Of a stretch of DNA of 44,456 nucleotides, positions 1 through 8,305 are shown one piece after another. How positions within the stretch are numbered: the stretch's first letter is position 1; the number at the start of each line of letters is the position of its first letter. The DNA lies in assembly GCA_910578655.1 (NCBI GenBank), contig CAJTQE010000003.1, positions 1-44,456 of the forward strand. The letters run 5' to 3'. The DNA is from an uncultured Christensenella sp. GTDB taxonomy: Bacteria > Bacillota > Clostridia > Christensenellales > Borkfalkiaceae. Position numbers and translations under genes: made by a program. The notes below the pieces were generated by a model. That model was not told the origin of the DNA and made no database searches. It saw only the letters and a program-made list of their open reading frames with translations.

Positions 1-3
1 GTG

Positions 4-36
4 AAAAGCTCTCGAACATATCGTTCGAGAGCTTTT
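4..36. terminator. Intrinsic-terminator-like hairpin, usable on either strand
   Basis: Perfect 14-bp inverted repeat AAAAGCTCTCGAAC (4..17) / GTTCGAGAGCTTTT (23..36) with a 5-nt loop and A/T runs on both flanks. It lies downstream of the minus-strand VWA gene. Confidence 0.5.
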
Positions 37-113
37 GTCCTTGCTTGAAAGTGCAGCTCTTAAAAATTTAGAATTTAATTCCCTATGAGAAGTGTGCATT
101 AAGCCCCGTTTTT

Positions 114-1592
114 TTATTCGTAAAATTTACTTTCGGAAGCTTTCCCGACCAACCCTGCGAATTCTTTCTTGTATTCGTCGTCCGCCATATATGCGCCGAG
201 TTCGTTAAGTCTGGTCAAGACGGCTTCAAGCGACGCAGTTCCCTTGTACTTCGAATTGCGAAGGACGAGTCCGAATTCCGCAACGCAGCTTATGAACGAC
301 AAATCGTCCGATGACGGCGTGGTTATTTCAACCGTGCAGGTCACGCTCTCGTTTCTTTCGGTATCTCCGCTTACGTCCTTATATCTGACTTCGGCTTCGG
401 CAAGCTTGCCTTCCGCGCCCTTGGAAAGCGCAATTTCGTACAGCGCGGCTACGCAGAGGTTTGCGCCTATTTCGCCGGTGTCGGCCTTATCGTTATTGAA
501 GTCGTCCTCGGTGATAAGCTTGGTGTCGTAGCCGATAAGCCTGTATTTGTCCACTTCGTCGGTGAAGATGACGCCTGCCTTTGCGTCCTTTGCAACGGTG
601 AATAGCGTGCCGTTCAGCTCGTCTACGAAAACCTTGCGCGCTTCCGCTGCGCTGTCGAGATAGGCGTAGTTCCCGTTGCCTTTCGTTGCAAGCGTTTCCA
701 AAAGGTCGTCGCGCATATTTCCCATACCTACGCCGATAACCGAAAGGTAGACGCCGCTTGCCGCCTTATTCTGTATGAATTCGTGCAGTTCGTCCGTATC
801 CGACATTCCAACGTTGAAGTCGCCGTCGGAAATTAAAATAACTCTGTTGTTGCCGCCCTCGATAAAGTGCTTTTGAGCTATCCTGTACGCGCGTTCGAGT
901 CCGTCTCCGCCCGAAGTTGCGCCCGACGCAACGAGGGAAGAAATTGCGCTGCGTATTTTCTCTTTGCCCTCGTCGGTACATTCACCACCGTCAAGCACGG
1001 TTTTAACGCCGCTGGCATATGTCACGATTGATACGACGTCCCTGTCGCCCAGCCCGTCCAAAAGCATATTGAAGCCCTGCTTGGCAAGCGGCAGACGCGT
1101 ACTGCCCGACATAGAGCCCGAAACGTCTATCAAAAATACGTAGTTTGCGTTGACGTCTTCGACCTCGACCTGCGTCGTTTTCAGCCCGACGAGCATCAGG
1201 TTGTTATCCTTATTCCACGGGCAGGGTGAAAGCGCAGTGGTAAGAGCGACGGATTTGTCCGTCGGCGCGGCGAAGCCGTAGTCGAAATAATTTATCATTT
1301 CCTCTATGCGCACGCTGTCGCAGTTTACTTTACACCCGTCGTCAATCTGAGTTCTTATCTGAGAATAGGACGCCGTGTTTCTGTCAAGCGAGAAGTATGA
1401 GGTCGCCGTTTGCGAAACGGAGATAAAATCCTTTTCGATAATGCTGTCGTGAACGAAGTTGTTTACGTCTGCATCGGTTATATAGTCGTAGCCCGGATCC
1501 CACCGGTCGCCCACGTTGTCCATTCCGCTGCACGCGCCGAACAATAAACAGCCTGCGGAAAGCGCCGCTATACTTGCCAATAGTTTTTTCAT
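114..1592 (-). CDS. VWA domain lipoprotein, YfbK-like
   Basis: ORF 114..1598. Start moved to ATG 1592, which has GGAGG 6 nt upstream. Signal peptide with lipobox LFGAC, N-terminal VRIEEMINYFDY motif, MIDAS motif DVSGSMS, and C-terminal YRLIGYD region typical of YfbK-type VWA proteins. Confidence 0.85.
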   Translation of the reverse strand: MKKLLASIAALSAGCLLFGACSGMDNVGDRWDPGYDYITDADVNNFVHDSIIEKDFISVSQTATSYFSLDRNTASYSQIRTQIDDGCKVNCDSVRIEEMINYFDYGFAAPTDKSVALTTALSPCPWNKDNNLMLVGLKTTQVEVEDVNANYVFLIDVSGSMSGSTRLPLAKQGFNMLLDGLGDRDVVSIVTYASGVKTVLDGGECTDEGKEKIRSAISSLVASGATSGGDGLERAYRIAQKHFIEGGNNRVILISDGDFNVGMSDTDELHEFIQNKAASGVYLSVIGVGMGNMRDDLLETLATKGNGNYAYLDSAAEARKVFVDELNGTLFTVAKDAKAGVIFTDEVDKYRLIGYDTKLITEDDFNNDKADTGEIGANLCVAALYEIALSKGAEGKLAEAEVRYKDVSGDTERNESVTCTVEITTPSSDDLSFISCVAEFGLVLRNSKYKGTASLEAVLTRLNELGAYMADDEYKKEFAGLVGKASESKFYE

Positions 1593-1663
1593 AATCAACC
1601 TCCGGTCTTTTTATAATCAAAACGATTTGCAGTGCGCGTTTGTCCCGCTAATTATAAAAAATT

Positions 1664-2335
1664 TTACCGCAATATCATTTCCAGATATTTTTCATAAGCT
1701 TTGCGGGCGTTGGAACGCACGTCGAAGTAATATTTTACTCCGCCGTAAGCGGCATGCAGCTTGTATTGCGGCTCGCCGTTTTCGGCGGTTCCGCTTGTAA
1801 GAAAATAATTTATTCCGCCGTAGCTGCCTTTGGCGCCGTCCGCGTAATCGGCAAGCCCGGCGTAAACCGCGGTTTCGTCGGTAAACTCAACGTACACGGT
1901 CGTTTCGTCGCGGCAGAGGTTTGCAAGCAGGTTAACGTCCGCTTTGACAAGCGTCAGCTTGCCGTCGCGGTAGCCCGCGGTGCAGCCGTCCACGTTCGCG
2001 TTCGAGGATACCGCAAGATTCTGTATGAAAGCCAGCGAAGGGTGCAGGTTGTAAACTGCGTACGCGCTTTCTTCCCGCAAGTCGAGGTCCGCGTCGGTAT
2101 AATAACCGACCTGCGGCTCGGGCGGGACTCCGTCGACGTTCCGCTTCAAAACTATTGCGACCGCAACGGCAAAGACCAGCGCAAAACTTGCCGCAACGGA
2201 AGCAAGCTTTATGAATTTCGGCAAAAACGCGGTTTTCGGTTTAACGTATTTTTTCGCGTCGGCAGTTATTCCGTTCGGAGTATTTGCGCCTTTGAAGTAC
2301 TCTTCGAACTCTTTTTCAAGTTTATCGTCTTTCAT
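1664..2335 (-). CDS. Single-pass membrane protein, putative anti-sigma factor partner
   Basis: Starts 18 nt downstream of the ECF sigma gene with RBS AGGTGAG. About 45 cytoplasmic residues, one TM helix (FIKLASVAASFALVFAVAVAIVL), then an extracytoplasmic domain. No HxxxCxxC zinc anti-sigma motif was seen, so the function is inferred from position only. Confidence 0.45.
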   Translation of the reverse strand: MKDDKLEKEFEEYFKGANTPNGITADAKKYVKPKTAFLPKFIKLASVAASFALVFAVAVAIVLKRNVDGVPPEPQVGYYTDADLDLREESAYAVYNLHPSLAFIQNLAVSSNANVDGCTAGYRDGKLTLVKADVNLLANLCRDETTVYVEFTDETAVYAGLADYADGAKGSYGGINYFLTSGTAENGEPQYKLHAAYGGVKYYFDVRSNARKAYEKYLEMILR

Positions 2336-2353
2336 TACTCACCTATTAAACGA

Positions 2354-2902
2354 TTATTCTCCGTCGTTTGTCCCGCCCAAAAGCGCTTTTAACTGTTTTT
2401 CCGCTCTGTCCTTGGCGCGCTGCACCGCCGACTTGCTCAGTCCTAACTCGCTTGCTATTTCCCGCACCGTCATATCGAGGAAGTATATTCTGTAAATAAC
2501 GGCGCGGTCGTCGGGTTCGAGCTTTGCAAGCGCCTGTTCCAGCATTATAGCGCTTTCCCTCTTTTCGGGCGAATAGTCCAAAGAGGTGAGCGAATAGAAT
2601 TCCTCGGTGGATACCTTGCCGCGCAGGTTGCGCGATTTGAGGAGGTCCAGCGCGGTATTGCGCACAATCTTCATAAGCCAACCGTATGCGTTGTCGCCGC
2701 GATTAAAGCGCCGTGCAAACCGCGCCACCTTGATAAAGCTGTCGTGCAGCACGTCCTCGGCGTAGTCTTTTCCGACTATGCTTAAAGCTACGGCGTACAT
2801 TTTTCCGCCCGCAAGTGAATAAACGCCGTCAAGACAGTCGGCAAAACCGTCTGCAACCGCGCGGATAAGTCTATTAAGTTTTTCGCCGTCGCTTTCTGTC
2901 AT
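2354..2902 (-). CDS. ECF-type sigma-70 family RNA polymerase sigma factor
   Basis: 182 aa. Region 2-like segment (AEDVLHDSFIKVARFARRF) and region 4 HTH (DMTVREIASELGLSKSAVQRAKDRA). Confidence 0.85.
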   Translation of the reverse strand: MTESDGEKLNRLIRAVADGFADCLDGVYSLAGGKMYAVALSIVGKDYAEDVLHDSFIKVARFARRFNRGDNAYGWLMKIVRNTALDLLKSRNLRGKVSTEEFYSLTSLDYSPEKRESAIMLEQALAKLEPDDRAVIYRIYFLDMTVREIASELGLSKSAVQRAKDRAEKQLKALLGGTNDGE

Positions 2903-2945
2903 AATTATATTGTGTATTATAATAATGCGTTTGTCAATAATTTAC

Positions 2946-2974
2946 TTGCAAAAATATTATTTGGCGTATATAAT
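2946..2974 (+). promoter_or_regulatory. Sigma-A type promoter TTGCAA-17-TATAAT upstream of dapF
   Basis: TTGCAA at 2946..2951, a 17-nt spacer, TATAAT at 2969..2974. The -10 box ends only 7 nt before the dapF ATG (2982). Confidence 0.4.
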
Positions 2975-2981
2975 ATTGTTG

Positions 2982-3812
2982 ATGAGATTTTATAAAATGC
3001 ACGGGCTTGGCAACGATTATATTTACTTCGATTGTATGCAGCGTGAAATTGCCGAACCCGAAAAACTATCCCTCCGCCTGTCGGACAGGCATTTCGGCAT
3101 CGGCGGCGACGGTATAATATTAATGTGCCCCTCTCAAAAAGCCGACTGCAAAATGCGTATGTTCAACGCCGACGGTTCCGAGGGAAAGATGTGCGGCAAC
3201 GGTATACGCTGCGTCGGCAAACTCTGCCGCGATTTGGGTTACGTAAAGGGCGATACCTGCACTGTTGAAACGTTGTCGGGTATAAAGAAGCTTAAATTCT
3301 TCTTTGGGAATGACGGCAAGGTTGAAGCCGTCCGCGTTGATATGGGCGCGCCCGTACTTTCGGGCAGGGACATTCCGTCAACCTTTTCGGGCGATACTGT
3401 TATCGGCAAGCCTTTAAATATTGACTTTGAAGAATATGCGGTCACTCTCGTAAATATGGGCAATCCGCACTGTGTGGTGTTCGCCGACCCCGATACCGTA
3501 GACATAGAAAAGCTTGGCAGAAAGTTTGAATATAATCCGGTTTTCCCCGACCGCGTCAATACCGAGTTCGTAAAAGTTATCGGCGACAACGCTTTGAAAA
3601 TGCGCGTATGGGAAAGGGGCAGCGGAGAAACGTTTGCCTGCGGAACGGGCGCGTGCGCCGCTGCTGTTGCCGCCGTTTTGAACGGGCTTTGCGATAAGTC
3701 AAGGGAAATTACCGTCAACCTTTTGGGCGGACAGCTTAAAATCGAATACCCTGATACCGTATATATGACGGGCAGTGCAACACTTGTTTTTACGGGCAGC
3801 GTGCAGTTATAA
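2982..3812 (+). CDS. dapF: Diaminopimelate epimerase
   Basis: ORF 2910..3812. Start moved to ATG 2982, giving the canonical N-terminus MRFYKMHGLGNDYIYFD. Both catalytic Cys contexts are present (GNGIRC, ACGTGA). Confidence 0.9.
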   Translation: MRFYKMHGLGNDYIYFDCMQREIAEPEKLSLRLSDRHFGIGGDGIILMCPSQKADCKMRMFNADGSEGKMCGNGIRCVGKLCRDLGYVKGDTCTVETLSGIKKLKFFFGNDGKVEAVRVDMGAPVLSGRDIPSTFSGDTVIGKPLNIDFEEYAVTLVNMGNPHCVVFADPDTVDIEKLGRKFEYNPVFPDRVNTEFVKVIGDNALKMRVWERGSGETFACGTGACAAAVAAVLNGLCDKSREITVNLLGGQLKIEYPDTVYMTGSATLVFTGSVQL

Positions 3813-3841
3813 AACGGTTAGTCCCACTCAAGCACGGCGAG

Positions 3842-4108
3842 GTGTTCGTCACCGAAGACGGCGCGGACGAAATAAGCGGGCGTCACCGCCACAGATACGG
3901 GTTCAACTCCAACTTCCGCGAACGCGTTGAAAACGCGGGTATGCGCATAACCTGCCTGTCGCTTGACGGTGTTGTCGAGGCGGTTGAAATTTCCGAAAAC
4001 GATTTTTTTTTAGGCGTGCAGTTTCACCCCGAATTTAAATCGCGGCCTCAACAGGCGCATCCTCTTTTCCGTCAATTTGTAAATATTTCTTCTAAACGGC
4101 GTAAATAA
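3842..4108 (+). pseudogene. pyrG: C-terminal remnant of CTP synthase (glutamine amidotransferase domain only)
   Basis: 88-aa ORF with the PyrG C-terminal signature RHRHRYGFN...GVQFHPEFKSRP..HPLF. About 450 N-terminal residues, including the GATase Cys nucleophile, are absent. No RBS and a GTG pseudo-start. Confidence 0.7.
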
Positions 4109-4125
4109 ATCATAATAGGTAATAT

Positions 4126-5310
4126 ATGAAACTTAATAAAAACTTTAATAATTTAACCGAAAACTATCTTTTTGCCGAGGTCGCGGAGAGGACGAAAAAG
4201 TATGCGGACGCACACCCCGACAAGAAAATTATCAAGCTCGGTATAGGCGACGTGACGCTGCCCCTCGTGCCTGCGGTAATCAAAGCAATGCACGAAGCGG
4301 TTGACGATATGTCGTCAAGCGAAACGTTTAAAGGCTACGGTCCTTACGAGGGATATTCCTTTCTCCGTCAAAGCATAAAGAATTATTATGCAGGGTTCGG
4401 CGTCGATGTCGAGGAGGACGAAATTTTCGTAAACGACGGGGCGAAGTCGGCTCTTGCAAACATTCTTGATTTATTCGGAAAAGACAACGTCGTTTTGGTT
4501 ACCGACCCCGTATATCCCGTTTACGTAGATACCAACGTAATAGACGGCAGAAAGGTGATTTTGGCGGACGCAACGGAGGAAAACGGTTTTCTTCCTATGC
4601 CCGATTATTCCGTCAAAGCCGATATAATTTATATCTGTTCGCCCAACAACCCGACGGGTGCGGCCTATACCGAAGCCCAACTTGCGGCTTGGGTGGATTA
4701 CGCGTTAAAATGCGGTGCGGTAATTTTATACGACGCCGCTTACGAATGTTTTATCGAGGACGAAACGTTCGTCCGCTCCATCTTCGCGGTAGAGGGCGCA
4801 AAGCGGTGCGCGATAGAGTTATGTTCCTTTTCAAAGACGGCGGGGTTCACAGGTACGCGCTGCGGTTATACCGTCGTGCCTAAGGGCATAGAAAGCGACG
4901 GAATGAATTTAAACAAAACGTGGTTCCGCCGTCAGGCAACCAAATTCAACGGCGTGTCGTATATCGTTCAAAAGGGCGCGGCTGCCGTGTATACCGAAGA
5001 GGGCAAAGCACAGATAAAGAAAAATATAGACTACTATAAGCGCAACGCGAAGCTTATTGCCGACTGTATGGATAGGTTGGGCATCTGGTATACGGGCGGA
5101 AAAAACTCGCCGTATATCTGGCTGAAATGTCCGCACGGTATGGACAGTTGGCAGTTCTTCGACTATCTTTTAAACAACGCTCAGGTAGTCGGCACGCCCG
5201 GCGTAGGGTTCGGCAAAAACGGCGAAGGCTTTTTCCGCCTGACAGCGTTCGGCAGTGAAAAGCTGACCGAGGAAGCCATTGCAAGAATAGAAAAGCTTTT
5301 ATCCGAATAA
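4126..5310 (+). CDS. dapL: LL-diaminopimelate aminotransferase
   Basis: 394 aa. N-terminus NYLFAEV...KLGIGDVTLPL and PLP-lysine context SFSKTAGFTGTRCGY are typical of DapL. Confidence 0.9.
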   Translation: MKLNKNFNNLTENYLFAEVAERTKKYADAHPDKKIIKLGIGDVTLPLVPAVIKAMHEAVDDMSSSETFKGYGPYEGYSFLRQSIKNYYAGFGVDVEEDEIFVNDGAKSALANILDLFGKDNVVLVTDPVYPVYVDTNVIDGRKVILADATEENGFLPMPDYSVKADIIYICSPNNPTGAAYTEAQLAAWVDYALKCGAVILYDAAYECFIEDETFVRSIFAVEGAKRCAIELCSFSKTAGFTGTRCGYTVVPKGIESDGMNLNKTWFRRQATKFNGVSYIVQKGAAAVYTEEGKAQIKKNIDYYKRNAKLIADCMDRLGIWYTGGKNSPYIWLKCPHGMDSWQFFDYLLNNAQVVGTPGVGFGKNGEGFFRLTAFGSEKLTEEAIARIEKLLSE

Positions 5311-5318
5311 GGAGAATT

Positions 5319-6821
5319 ATGATAGGAATACAAGAGAGAGGTGCAGGCGTACTGTGTGCAATATCGTCACTGCCCAACGAGTACGGAATAGGTTCTTTGG
5401 GAGAAGAGGCGTATGAGTTCGCCCGTCTTTTAAAGAAAGCCGGCATAAAATTCTGGCAGGTACTGCCCACTGTGCAGACGGGGTTCGGCGACAGCCCGTA
5501 TCAGTCGGTTTGCTGCCATTCGGGCAACCCGTATTTTATCGACTTGAAGTCGCTCCACGCCGACGGGCTGTTGGACGAAGAGGAGCTTCAATCGGCGGTA
5601 ATGCCTAAGGGCAACATCGACTACGAAAAGCTGTACGAGCGCAGGTTCAATCTGCTGCGCCTTGCTTATGCGCGGTTCAATTTAAAGGACAGGGAATTTA
5701 CCGCATTCGTAGACAGTAAAGAATTCGACGATTACGCGCTGTTTATGTCTTTAAAATCGCGTTACGGCGGAACGTTCGACACTTTGCCGGACGCTTATAA
5801 ATTCAGGGAAAAACTTGCCATGCTCGAATTCCGCCGTTCGGTATTGAAGAGCGATTTTCTGTTCTGGCAGTTCGTTCAGTTTGTCTATTTCAAGCAGTGG
5901 AACAAGCTTAAAGAATACGTCAATTCTCTGGGCATTAAGATAATAGGCGACTTACCTTTATACGTCGCGTACGACTCTGCGGACGTTTGGGCGCACCCCT
6001 CGTATTTTAAGCTTGACAAAAATTTAAAACTCAAAGCGGTTGCAGGCGTTCCGCCCGATTATTTTTCCGAAAAAGGTCAGCTTTGGGGCAACCCTCTTTA
6101 CGACTGGGACGCTATGTTCGAGGACGGCTTCGACTGGTGGGTAAAGCGCATTGAGAAAGCGAAAAATCAGTTCGATATTATCCGCATCGACCATTTCCGA
6201 GGGCTTGACAGATATTACTCTATTCCCGCCGGCGCGCAGGACGCGACAGAGGGCGAGTGGCTGCCCGGTCCCGGTATGAGGCTTTTTTACGAGATAAGAA
6301 GGCGCTGCGGAGAGGTGGATATAATTGCAGAAGATCTGGGCGTGTTGGACGCAGGCATTATGCGGCTTATCGAAAGAACGGGTTTCCCCGGTATGAAAGT
6401 GCTGCAATTTGCCTTTGACGGCAAACCCGACAACCCTTATCTGCCTGCAAATTTCAGGGAAAACAGCGTTGTTTATACGGGCACTCACGACAATGATACT
6501 ACGCTGGGATTTTTGAATAAAATGAGCGATAGCGAGTTTATGCAGTTTAAAACGCAACTGCGCGCCGCCCTGAAAAGCGAAGACGTGGTTTATCCTTTCG
6601 TCACGCGTGAACAAACAGTTTGGGCTTTGAATATCTGTGCGCTTGCGTCGCGTGCGGGAATCGCCGTTTTGCCCGTGCAGGATATAATCTGCGCCGACAG
6701 CTCGTCGCGTATGAACGTGCCGTCGGAAGCGTACGGCAATTGGCGGTTCCGCTTGGAAGATTTTCCGTCACGGCGTTCCCTTGCGCTTTTGAAACGCGCA
6801 ATAGCGGAAAATTACAGGTAA
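5319..6821 (+). CDS. malQ: 4-alpha-glucanotransferase (amylomaltase)
   Basis: 500 aa. GH77 motifs IRIDHFRG, IAEDLG, YTGTHDN. RBS AAGGAG lies 8 nt after the dapL stop, so it is probably co-transcribed. Confidence 0.9.
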   Translation: MIGIQERGAGVLCAISSLPNEYGIGSLGEEAYEFARLLKKAGIKFWQVLPTVQTGFGDSPYQSVCCHSGNPYFIDLKSLHADGLLDEEELQSAVMPKGNIDYEKLYERRFNLLRLAYARFNLKDREFTAFVDSKEFDDYALFMSLKSRYGGTFDTLPDAYKFREKLAMLEFRRSVLKSDFLFWQFVQFVYFKQWNKLKEYVNSLGIKIIGDLPLYVAYDSADVWAHPSYFKLDKNLKLKAVAGVPPDYFSEKGQLWGNPLYDWDAMFEDGFDWWVKRIEKAKNQFDIIRIDHFRGLDRYYSIPAGAQDATEGEWLPGPGMRLFYEIRRRCGEVDIIAEDLGVLDAGIMRLIERTGFPGMKVLQFAFDGKPDNPYLPANFRENSVVYTGTHDNDTTLGFLNKMSDSEFMQFKTQLRAALKSEDVVYPFVTREQTVWALNICALASRAGIAVLPVQDIICADSSSRMNVPSEAYGNWRFRLEDFPSRRSLALLKRAIAENYR

Positions 6822-6829
6822 ATAAGTAA

Positions 6830-6859
6830 AATGCGAGGCGTTTATTAACGCCCCGCATT
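6830..6859 (+). terminator. Hairpin downstream of malQ
   Basis: 13-bp stem AATGCGAGGCGTT / AACGCCCCGCATT with one mismatch and loop TATT, followed by AT-rich sequence with a weak T-run. Confidence 0.5.
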
Positions 6860-6963
6860 AATTATAATATTTTAAATTTTTTTTTAAATTTTGCGTTGAT
6901 TTCATTAAAAAATGTTGTCTTATTATATGAAGATATCTTTAATTTCTCGCAAGGAGCATTAAA

Positions 6964-7491
6964 ATGAGCTTGGAGAAAAAGCTTGCGCGAGCGCTGCAAA
7001 CAAATAACCATTCAAAAATCGAAAAGGTTTTTGAAGAAATTTACTATGAATACGGCAAGCTTGTAGGCTTTGTCATATCCAAATACGTACATAATAAAGC
7101 CGACGTGGAAGAGCTGGTTAACGACGTTTTTCTGGCGTTTTCAAAGGTTATGTTCAATACCGAAATAAGCAATATAAAGCGGTATCTGGCTGTAAGCGCG
7201 AAAAATGCTACAGTTAATTTTTTAAGACGTAAAAAGATAGAATGTGAAGAGTTTTCTTACGTTGAGAATTACGACGGCTACGGCGATGGATTGGGTTATT
7301 ACGATATTGCCCGCGAAATGCAAAAATGCCTCAGCATAGATGAGTTAAATACGGTGTTTTTACATATTGTCTACGGCTATTCGTTTACCGAAATCGCCAA
7401 AAGCATATCGCGCCCTCCAAGCTCGGTAAGCTCGCAGTATCATAGGGCAATAAAAAAATTAAAGAGCAAGGTGAATAAAAATGAAATTTAA
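6964..7491 (+). CDS. Sigma-70 family (ECF-like) RNA polymerase sigma factor
   Basis: 175 aa, RBS AAGGAG. Region 2-like VEELVNDVFLAFSK and region 4 HTH YGYSFTEIAKSISRPPSSVSSQYHRAIKKLK. Lies in the AT-rich islet. Confidence 0.8.
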   Translation: MSLEKKLARALQTNNHSKIEKVFEEIYYEYGKLVGFVISKYVHNKADVEELVNDVFLAFSKVMFNTEISNIKRYLAVSAKNATVNFLRRKKIECEEFSYVENYDGYGDGLGYYDIAREMQKCLSIDELNTVFLHIVYGYSFTEIAKSISRPPSSVSSQYHRAIKKLKSKVNKNEI

Positions 7492-8281
7492 AGATAACGA
7501 TTTTATAAATTTAGATTATTCTGATATCAAAGACGAAGTGAGTGAAAATATCCGCAAATCAACAGAAAGTAAAACTAAGATTAAAAGTTACCGCGGAGTT
7601 AATCTGAAAAAAGCACTCAGCTATGCACTATGCGTGATGCTTACCTGCGTGGTTTCCGTAGGTTCGACTTTGCTTATTCAGGGCAGTATGAAAGGCGGCG
7701 ACGGTATGGGAAGTAACGGTTCCCCCGGCAACGTTGATCCGGGGAAATCTCCCGAATTTGCGAAAAAAGAATTTGATGAGTTATTAGCTTTTGGTTCTTG
7801 GTGGTTGGAAAACGGTATTACGTTTACTGAAAATGTGAAATTTGATTTGCTTGGCACGGATATAATATCTGAAAGCGATAAAGACGCTATCAGAGAATTT
7901 GAGAAGGCTAACGGTAAGTCGGGGAAGAACGTCTATTATTATAATATCTATATGGGAATGAAAGACGGCAAAGATACGGTCGTTTTAAGTAGGTTAATAG
8001 CTCCTTATCAGACGTTTAAATTTGAAAGTAATTTGCAGTATTCGTTTTCAAGCGTTATAGAAAAATTTGAAGAATTAAGCGGTGAAGAGCTTACGCGAGA
8101 ATTTTTGCTTGATTCAACTTTTGATAACGACTATTATTATAGCGTTGGCGGTATCAGCGTCAGATTTATTTTGGATGCATTGAATTACAATCACCAAAAA
8201 GGGAAATCTTATATCGAATATTACAGTGCCATAATTGACGGGCAAGTTTATATTGTAACAAGTAAGCAATTGCTTAGTTAA
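7481..8281 (+). CDS. Single-pass membrane protein, possible anti-sigma partner
   Basis: Overlaps the sigma gene stop by 11 nt, suggesting translational coupling. About 45-aa cytoplasmic N-terminus, TM helix ALSYALCVMLTCVVSVGSTLLI, then an extracytoplasmic domain. No recognisable motifs. Confidence 0.45.
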   Translation: MKFKDNDFINLDYSDIKDEVSENIRKSTESKTKIKSYRGVNLKKALSYALCVMLTCVVSVGSTLLIQGSMKGGDGMGSNGSPGNVDPGKSPEFAKKEFDELLAFGSWWLENGITFTENVKFDLLGTDIISESDKDAIREFEKANGKSGKNVYYYNIYMGMKDGKDTVVLSRLIAPYQTFKFESNLQYSFSSVIEKFEELSGEELTREFLLDSTFDNDYYYSVGGISVRFILDALNYNHQKGKSYIEYYSAIIDGQVYIVTSKQLLS

Positions 8282-8305
8282 ATAAATTTTATAAGAGGTA
8301 AACTT

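Noticed and set aside
2910-2981. Upstream starts offered by the ORF track: 2910 for dapF, 22909 for the orphan, 22809/23105 for the XRE genes, 40706 for yabM, 1598 for the VWA gene, 12386 for the Wzz-like gene
   Set aside because: The extensions are hydrophobic or odd peptides read through promoter or intergenic DNA. Internal ATGs have better RBS spacing and give canonical family N-termini.
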